Shown here one piece after another: positions 21,177-28,680 of a stretch of 28,680 nt of DNA. Location: contig NC_057720.1 of NCBI RefSeq assembly GCF_004010195.1, forward strand, positions 13,905,948-13,934,627, read 5' to 3'. The translations under genes were made by a program, and so were the position numbers. This stretch comes from Chiloscyllium plagiosum. Its lineage: Eukaryota. The notes under the pieces were generated by a model. The model saw nothing but the letters and a program-made list of their open reading frames with translations, had not been told where the DNA came from and ran no database searches. The number at the start of each line of letters is the position of its first letter. Position 1 is the first letter of the stretch.

Positions 21177-21470
21177 TAAGAAATGAAGAAATCAGTGCAA
21201 AAGGCTATACATGGCCTGGAGACTGTTCTGCCATTAAGTAAGATCATGGGTTGATCTAGAACCTCAAATCCACTTTCCTACTGGATTCCTGTGATTTTTG
21301 ATCCTCAAAGGCTCCAAACATTCTTAGTTTTGAATGAATTTCATAGCTATTAATATCATCTCTCTGGGATGGAGATTAAGATTCACAACTTTCTAAGTGA
21401 AAAAATTACTCCTCATCTCAGTCCTAAATGCCCAACTCCATATCATGACATAGCAAACCCTAGTTCCAGA
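21177..21470 (-). mobile_element. Old CR1 3' end (appears to continue at ~27250-27400)
   Basis: ctgttctgccattaagtaagatcatgggttgatct tail, aaaaaattactcctcatctcagtcctaaat, ccctagttccaga. Confidence 0.65.
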
Positions 21471-21492
21471 TGCACTTACAGAACATTAAACA

Positions 21493-21736
21493 CCTACAGT
21501 GTAGAAACAGGCCATTTGGCCCAAAAAGTCCACACTGACCCTCCGAAGAGTGTCCCAGCCAGACCCAAATCCTTACTCTATAACCTTACATGTCCCATGA
21601 CTAATGCACATAACCTACACATCTCTGGACACTCTAGGCAATTCAGCATGTCTAGTTTACCTAACCTGCACATCTTTGGACTGTGGGAGGAAACGCAAGC
21701 AGACATGGGGAGAATGTGTAAACTCCACAGACAGTC
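21493..21736 (-). mobile_element. HE1 SINE 3' part (5' remainder at 27211-27246)
   Basis: ctacagtgtagaaacaggcc...gtaaactccacagacagtc, broken by a CR1 tail. Confidence 0.85.
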
Positions 21737-22475
21737 ATAGTCATAGGGATGTACAGCAAGGAAACAGACTCTTCGGTCCAACTCGTCCATGCCAATCAGA
21801 TATCCTAGCTTAATCTAGTCCCATTTGCCCGCACTTGGCCCATATCCCTCTCAACCATTCCTATTCATATACCCATCCAGATACCTTAGAGATGTTCCAA
21901 TTGTACCAGCCTCCACCACTTCTTCTGGCAGCTTATTCCATACATGCACCACCCTCTGCGTGAAAAGGTTGCCCCTTAGGTCTCTTTTATATCTTGCCCT
22001 TTCACCCTAAACCTATGCCCTCTAGTTCTGGACTCCCGGACCCCAGGGAAAAGACTTTGTCTATTCATCCTATCCATGCCCCTCATGATTTTATAAACCT
22101 TGATAAGGTCACCCCTGAGCCTCTGATTTTTCAGGGAACACAGCCCCACCCTATTCAGCCTCTCCCTCTCGCTCAAATCCTCCAACTCTGGCAACATCCT
22201 TGTAAATATTTTCTGAACCTTTTCAAGTTTCACTATATCCTTCCAATAGGAAGGAGACCAGAGTTGCACACAATATTCCAAAAGTGGCCTAACCAATGTC
22301 CTGTATAGCCACAACATGATCTCCCAACCCTATATTCAATCTTCTGACCAATAAAGGAAAGTATACCAAATGCCTTCTTTGCTATTCTATCTACCTGCGA
22401 CTCTACTTTCAAGGATCTATGATCCTGAACTCCAAGGTCTCTTTGCTCATTAACACTCCCTAGGACCTTACCATT

Positions 22476-22785
22476 GTGGGCGGCATGGTGGCACAGTGGT
22501 CAGCACTGCTGCCTCACAATGCCAGAGACCCAGGTTCAATTCCCACCTCAGGTGACTGACTGTGTGGAGTTTGCACATTCTCCCCGAGTCTGCGTGGGTT
22601 TCCTCCGGGTGCTCCGGTTTCCTCCCACAGTCCAAAAATGTGCAGGTTAGGTGAATTGGCCATGCTAAATTGCCTGTAGTGTTAGGTGTAGGGGAGTGGG
22701 TATGGGTGGGTTGCGCTTCGGCAGGTCGGTGTGGACTTGTTGGGCTGAAGGGCCTGTTTCCACACTGTAAGTAATCTAATCTAAT
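22476..22785 (+). mobile_element. HE1 SINE, full length, inserted in CR1-A
   Basis: gtgggcggcatggtggcacagtggtc...gtttccacactgtaagtaatctaatcta; CR1 reads ccttaccatt|aagtgtataagtcc across it. Confidence 0.93.
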
Positions 22786-23131
22786 TAAGTGTATAAGTCC
22801 TGTTCTTTTTTGCTTTCCCAAAATGTAGCACCTTGTACTTATCCAAATTAAACTCCATCTGGCACTCCTCAGCCCATTGGCCCAACCGATCAAGATCCCA
22901 TTGTAATCTGAGGTAACCTTCTTCGTTGTCCACTACACCTGCAATATTGGTGTCACCTGCAAACTTACTAACTACAAACTGCGAACTATACCTCTTATGT
23001 TCATATCCAAATCATTTATATAAATGATAAAAAGTAGTGGACCCAGCACCAATCCTTGTGGCTCTCCACTGGTCACAGGCCTCCAGTCTGAAAAACAATC
23101 CTCCACAACCACTCTCTGCCTTCTACCTTTG

Positions 23132-23540
23132 AGCCAGTTCTGTATCCAAATGGCGAGTTCTCCTTGTGTTCCATGAGATCGAACCTTGCTAACCAGTTTC
23201 CCATGGGAAACTTGTCAAATGCCTTACTGAAGTCCATATAGATCATGTCCAATGCTCTGCCCTCATCAATCCTCTTTGTTACTTCTTCAAAAAACTCAAT
23301 CAAGTTCGTGAAACTTGATTTCCCACGCACAAAACAGCCAGTTCTGTATCCAAATGGCGAGTTCTCCTTGTGTTCCATGAGATCGAACCTTGATAACCAG
23401 TTTCCCATGGGAAACCTTGCCACATGCCTTACTGAAGTCCATATCGATCATGTCCAATGCTCTGCCCTCACCAATCCTCTTTGTTACTTCTTCAAAAAAC
23501 TCAATCAAGTTCGTGAAACTTGATTTCCCACGCACAAAAC
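23132..23540. repeat. Tandem duplication of ~204 bp inside CR1-A RT
   Basis: 23132-23335 and 23336-23540 both run agccagttctgtatcc...cccacgcacaaaac with a few substitutions and a 1-bp indel. Confidence 0.92.
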
Positions 23541-23830
23541 CATGTTGACTATACATAATCAGTTCTTGCCTTTCCAAATATGTGTAAAACCTGTCCCTCA
23601 GGATTCCATCCAACAACTTGCCCACCACCAAAGTCAGGCTCACTGGTCTATAGTTCCCTGGCTTGTCCTTACCACCTTTCTTAAACAGTGGCACCATGTT
23701 AGCCAACCTCCAGTCTTCCAGCACCTCAGCTGTGACTATCGATGATACAAATATTTTAGCGGGAGGCTCAGCAATCACTTCCCTAGCTTCCCACAGAGTT
23801 CTAGGGTACACCTGATCAGTCCTGGGGATT

Positions 23831-26800
23831 TAGAACATAGAACATTACAGCGCAGTACAGGCCCTTCGGCCCTCGATACCAATCTGAAGCCCATCTAACC
23901 GACACTATTCCATTTATGTCCATATGCTTGTCCAATGACGACTTATATGTACTTAAAGTTGGCGAATCTACTACCTTTGCAGGCAAAGCAAACCATACCC
24001 TTACTACTCTATGAGTAAAGAAACTACCTCTGACATCTGTCCAATATCTATCACCCCTCAATTTAAAGCTATGCCCCCTCATACTCACCATCACCATTCT
24101 TGAAAAACGGCTCTCCCTGTCCACCCTATCTAACCCTCTGATTATCTTATATGTCTCTATTAAGTCACCTCTCAACCTTCTTCTCTTTAACGAAAACAGC
24201 CTCAAGTCCCTCAGCCTTTCTTCGTAAGACATTCCCTCCATACCAGGCAACATCCCAGTAAATCTCCTCTGCACCCTTTCCATAGCTTTCACATCCTCCT
24301 TATAATGCAGTGACCAGAACTGTACACAATACTCCAAGTGTAGCCACAACAGAGTTTTGTACAGCTGCAGCATAACCTTCTGGTTCTGGAACTCGATCCC
24401 TCTGTTAATAAAAGCTAAAACACTTATGCCTTCTGAACAACCCTGTCAACCTGAGTGGCAACTTTCAAGGATCTGTGTACCTGGACACCGAGATCTCTCT
24501 GCTCATCTACACTACCAAGAATCTTACCATTAGCCCAGTATTTTGCATTTTGGTTACTCTGACCAAAGTGAATCACCTCACACTTGTCTGCATTAAACTC
24601 TATTTGCCACCTCTCAAGCCCAGCTCTGCAGCTTATCTATGTCTCTCTGTAACCTACAACATCCTTCGTCACTATCCACAACTCCACCGACCTTCGTGTC
24701 GTCTGCACATTTACTAACCCACCCTTCTTCGCCCTCAGCCAGGTCGTTTATAAAAATGACGAACAGCAGTGGACCCAACACCGACCCTTGTGGTACACCA
24801 CTGGTAACTGGACTCCAGGATGTACATTTCCCATCACCCATCACCCACCACCCTCTGTCTTCTTTCAGCAAGCCAATCACTGATCCAATCTGCTGTATCT
24901 CCCACAATCCCATTCCTCCACATTTTGTACAATAGCCTACTGTGGGGAACCTTATCGAATGCCTTGCTGAAATCCATATACACCACAACTGGTCTATAAT
25001 TACCAGGGTTGTCTCTACTCCCCTTCTTGAACACACATTTCCTATCCTCCAGTCTTCTGGCACTGTTACTGCACACAATGACGATTTAAAGATCAATGTC
25101 AAAGGCTCGGCAGTCTCCTCCCTGGCTTCCCAGAGGATCCTAAGATAAATCCTATCCGACCCAGGGGACTTATCTATTTTCACACTCTGCAGGATTTCTA
25201 ATATCTCTTCCTTGTGAACCTCAATCCCACCCCCAGTCTAGTAGCCTGTAGCTCAGTAATCTCCTCTACAACATTGTCATTTTCTGGAGTGAATACTGTT
25301 GAAAAATATTCATTTAGTTCTTCCCTTATTTCCTCTGACTCCACACACAACTTCCCACTACTATCCTTGATTGGCCCTAATCTTACTCTCGTCATTCTTT
25401 TATTCCTTAAATACCTATAGAAAGCCTTAGGGTTTACCCTGATCCTATCCGCCAACAACTTCTCATGTCTCCTTCTGGCTCTTCTGAGCTTGATCTTTAG
25501 GTCTTTCCCAGCTACCTTGTAACCCTCAAATGCCCTAACTGAGCCTTCACATCTCATCCTAACATAAGCCTTCTTCTTCCTCTTGATCAGAGATTCCACT
25601 TCCTTCATAAGCCACGGCTCCCGCATTCTACAGCTTCCTCCCTGCCTGACAAGTACATACTTATCTCAGGCACACAGTAGCTTTTCCTTGAATAAGCTCC
25701 ACATTTCTAATGTGCCTATCACCTGCAGTTTCCTTCCACATCCTATGCTTCCTAAATCTTGCCTAATCGCATCATAATTGCCTTTCCCCCAGCTGTAACT
25801 CTTGTCCAGTGGTATACACCTATCCCTTTCTATCATTAAAGTAAACATAACAGAACTGTGATTGCTATCACCAAAATCTCCCCTACTTCCGAATCTAACA
25901 CCTGGCCGGGCTCATTAACCAGACCAAATCTAATGTGGCTTCGCCCCTTGTTGGCCTGTCTACATACTGTGTCAGGAAGCCTTCCTGCACACACTGGACA
26001 AAAACTGACCCATCTATAGTACTCGTACTATAATATTCCCAGTCAATATTTGGAAAGTTGAAGTCCTCCATGACAACTACCCTGTCTCTCTCACTCCTAT
26101 CGAGAATCATCTTTGCTATCCTTTCCTCTACACCTCTGGAACTGTTCAGAGGCCGATAGAAAACTCCCAACAGGATGACCTCTCCTTTCCTGTTTCTAAC
26201 TTCAGCCTGTACTACCTCAGTTGATGAGTCTCCAAACACCCTTTCTGCTCAACTGTAATACTGTCCTTGACCAACAATGTCACACCTCCCCCTCTTTTAC
26301 CATCTTCTCTGTTCTTACTGAAACATCTAAATCCTGGAACCTGCAACAATCATTCCTGTCCCTGCTCTATCCATGTCTCCGAAATGGCCACAACATTGAA
26401 GTCCTAGGTACTAACCCATGCTGCAAGTACACCCACCTTATTCTGGATGCTCCTGGCATTGAAGTAGACGCACTTCAAACCAACTTCTTGCTTGCCGGTG
26501 CCATCTTGCGTCCCTGAAACTTGATTTCGGACCTCCCTACTCTCAACCTTTTCTATACTTGAACTACAATTTTGGTTCCCATCCCCTTGCTAGATTAGTT
26601 TAATCCCACCCCTTAGCGAATTTCCCCCCCAGGATATCGGTATCCCTCTGGTTCAGATGAAGACCATCCTGCTTGTAGAGGTCCCACCTATCCCAGAAAG
26701 AGCCCCAGTTATCCAAGAATCCAAAACCCTTCCTCCTGCACCATCCCTGTAGCCACGTGTTCAACTCCTCTCTCTCCCTACTCCTTGCCTCACTAGCATG

Positions 26801-26844
26801 TGGCACGGGCAACAAACCAGAGACAACAACTCTGTTCATTCTAG
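23831..26844 (-). mobile_element. CR1-B LINE (ORF1 esterase end, APE, RT; decayed, internal deletions) inserted in CR1-A
   Basis: ORF1 RVVVSGLLPVP...DGLHLN (26600-26839); [52 protein letters not shown]; (tagaaca)n tail at 23831. Confidence 0.92.
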
Positions 26845-27213
26845 TTTATCCACTTTTATGTTTACAAATTACTTACAGAGTGGAAACAGGCCCTTCGGCC
26901 CAATAAGTCCACACCGACCCGCCAAAGCACAACCCACCCAGACCCATTCCCCTACATTTACCTCTTCACCTAACACTACGGGCAATTTAGCATGGCCAAT
27001 TCACCTAACCTGCACATTTTTGGATTGTGGGAGGAAGCCGGAGCAAACCCTGGCAGACTCGAGGAGAATGTACAAACTCCACACAGAGATTTGCCTGAGG
27101 CGGGAACTGAACCTGGGTCTCTGGCGCTGTGAGGCAGCAGTGCTAACCACTGTGCCACTGTGCCGCCCAAGTGTTTCAAGACATTCAGTACTTCCTCCTC
27201 TGTAATATGGACA
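26845..27213 (-). mobile_element. CR1-A 5' remainder, split by HE1
   Basis: tttatccacttttatgttt | HE1 | gtgtttcaagacattcagtacttcctcctctgtaatatggac continues cctggggatt at 23830; compare plus-strand CR1 17393-17460. Confidence 0.8.
26864..27168 (-). mobile_element. HE1 SINE, full length
   Basis: ttacttacagagtggaaacaggccc...aaccactgtgccactgtgccgccc; tgttt on both sides (26859-26863, 27172-27176). Confidence 0.92.
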
Positions 27214-27246
27214 GGTCACCTGAGGCTGGAATCAAACCCGGGTCCC
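27211..27246 (-). mobile_element. HE1 SINE fragment (partner of 21493-21736)
   Basis: gtcacctgaggctggaatcaaacccgggtccc is the HE1 segment directly adjacent to actccacacagacagtc. Confidence 0.72.
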
Positions 27247-27249
27247 AAG

Positions 27250-27400
27250 CTTGTCTGGGGTGTCTCAGTATCTACCTTGTTAAACCTCACCCCGGCAAGA
27301 ATGTTATACAATGGGGTCACCTGTCCTTCCTTGAAACTTTAGAGAATACAAGTTCATTCTGTTCAATCTCTCCTCTGTACCTTTGCAATCCAGGTATCGA
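27250..27400 (-). mobile_element. Old CR1 fragment (likely partner of 21177-21470)
   Basis: tctcagtatctaccttgt...gtcacctgtccttccttgaaactttagagaatacaag..tgttcaatctctcct is the ORF2 segment next upstream. Confidence 0.55.
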
Positions 27401-27671
27401 TGTAGAGTGTGTCTATTGTCTTTATCTGGAAATTAATAAAGTAATCAAAAGCTTAGTAAGTATATAATTAAATGTTTTAATGGAGCACTGACTGTCACAG
27501 ATACTAACCTACAGCTGCTGTTCAGGTCAACATATATTAAAATAACAAACAGACCTTTTAGTGTCTGATTTTTAACCTTATTAAAGCTGGACTTCAAAGA
27601 CCACATAAAGGAATTCAGTACAGCCCCTCACGTCCACTTTCCTGCCCATTCTCTGTAACGGGCAGAGAACG

Positions 27672-27757
27672 GTTTACTATAAACCGACCGACTCCCACAG
27701 CTACCTAGACTACACCTCCTCCCACCCAGCCCCCTGTAAAAACGCCATCCTATATTC
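27672..27757 (+). mobile_element. Isolated PLE RT fragment
   Basis: Encodes YYKPTDSHSYLDYTSSHPAPCKNAILY; homologous to 3235-3310. Confidence 0.82.
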
Positions 27758-28680
27758 GCCAGAGATCGTGTTACATATCGGCACTAATGATATAGCCAGG
27801 AAGTTAGGATGATTTCAGGGAGTTAGGATGGAAGCTGCAAAGCAGGACGAACAGAGTAGTGTTCTCTAGCTTACTACCGGTGCCACGAGATAGCGAGGCG
27901 AGGAACGGGGAGAGGGCGCAGCTTAAATGTGGCTGTGCAGCTGGTGTAGGAGGGAGGGCTTCAGATATGTAGATAATTGGGATGCCTTCTGGGGAAGGTG
28001 GGACCTGTACAAGAAGGACGGGTTGCATCTGAACTGGAAGGGGACCAATGTCCTGGGTGGAAGGTTTGCACGAGTAGTTCGAGAGGGTTTAAACTAGTAT
28101 GGCAGGGGAGTGGGAACCTGAGCTGTATACCGGAGATGAGAGTTGATGCAGATGAGGCAGTAGCAAGAGGTAGACCAGCTAGTGGGAAGGATTTTCCTGG
28201 CAAGGAACCAAGGTATCAGTTAAAGTGTGTTTACTTTAACGCAAGGAGTATCAGGAATAAGAGTGACGAACTAGAGCATGGATCAGTACCCGGTGCTATG
28301 ATGTTGTGGCCATAACAGAGACATGTGTTTTTCAGGGGCAGGAATGGTTGCTGGATGTTCCAGGGTTTAGAGCATTTAAAAAGAATAGGGAAGGGGGAAA
28401 AAAGAGGAGGGGGTGTAGCACTACTAATCAGAGAGGGTGTCACACTACAGAAGCTTCCATTGTCGAGGAAGATCTGCCTACCGAGTCAGTATGGGTGGAA
28501 ATTAGGAACAGCAAGGAAGCAGTCACCTCTTTAGGGGTTTACTACAGGCCCCCCAATAGCAGCAGGGAGATGGAAGAAAAGCACAGGTCGGCAGATTTTG
28601 GAAAAGTGTGGACGTAGTAGGGTTGTTGTAATGGGTGACTTTAACTTTCCCAATATTGATTGGAACCTCCTTCGAGCAGA
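27758..28680 (+). mobile_element. 5'-truncated CR1 LINE: ORF1 esterase 3' part + ORF2 APE start (decayed), runs off the window
   Basis: PEIVLHIGTNDIARK, RVVFSSLLPVP, DGLHLN, LKCVYFNARSIRNK, AITET, GVYYRPPN, MGDFNFPNIDW. Confidence 0.9.

Larger units (their letters stand above)
21737..23830 (-). mobile_element. CR1-A (HER1-type) LINE, decayed ORF2 RT region; resumes at 26845-27213
   Basis: [62 protein letters not shown]; (agtcatag) tail. Confidence 0.92.

Noticed and set aside
22476..22550. tRNA gene from A/B boxes
   Set aside because: This is the tRNA-derived head of an HE1 SINE, continuous with the V-domain and LINE-like tail; the same applies to the other copies.
26600..26839. SGNH/GDSL esterase as a cellular gene
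   Set aside because: It is CR1 ORF1, directly upstream of the APE-RT ORF2; a second copy lies at 27758-28100.

Overview
Repeat-dense vertebrate genomic DNA, inferred to be elasmobranch (shark) from its HE1-type SINEs and HER1/CR1-type LINE tails. Most of the window is decayed retroelements: about 8 HE1 (V-SINE) copies, a second tRNA-type SINE family, DeuSINE-like copies, many CR1 fragments (ORF1 esterase, APE endonuclease and RT remnants), one RTE-clade LINE, Penelope-like elements (PLEs) with their short terminal derivatives, and 2-3 solo LTRs. I see no intact host gene. The recognisable ORF-track calls are TE remnants and the rest look like chance ORFs, so this is probably intronic or intergenic DNA. 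The most notable structure is PLE-related: minimal hammerhead-ribozyme motifs in the PLE termini, fold-back mini-elements with 15-16 bp flanking direct repeats, and a 40-bp PLE tip flanked by a perfect 81-bp duplication. There is also a four-level nested insertion at 21.2-27.4 kb and a few speculative small exons. I cannot support a wholly new biological system from sequence alone. Family names come from recalled consensus motifs, not from a database search, and boundaries of old copies are approximate.
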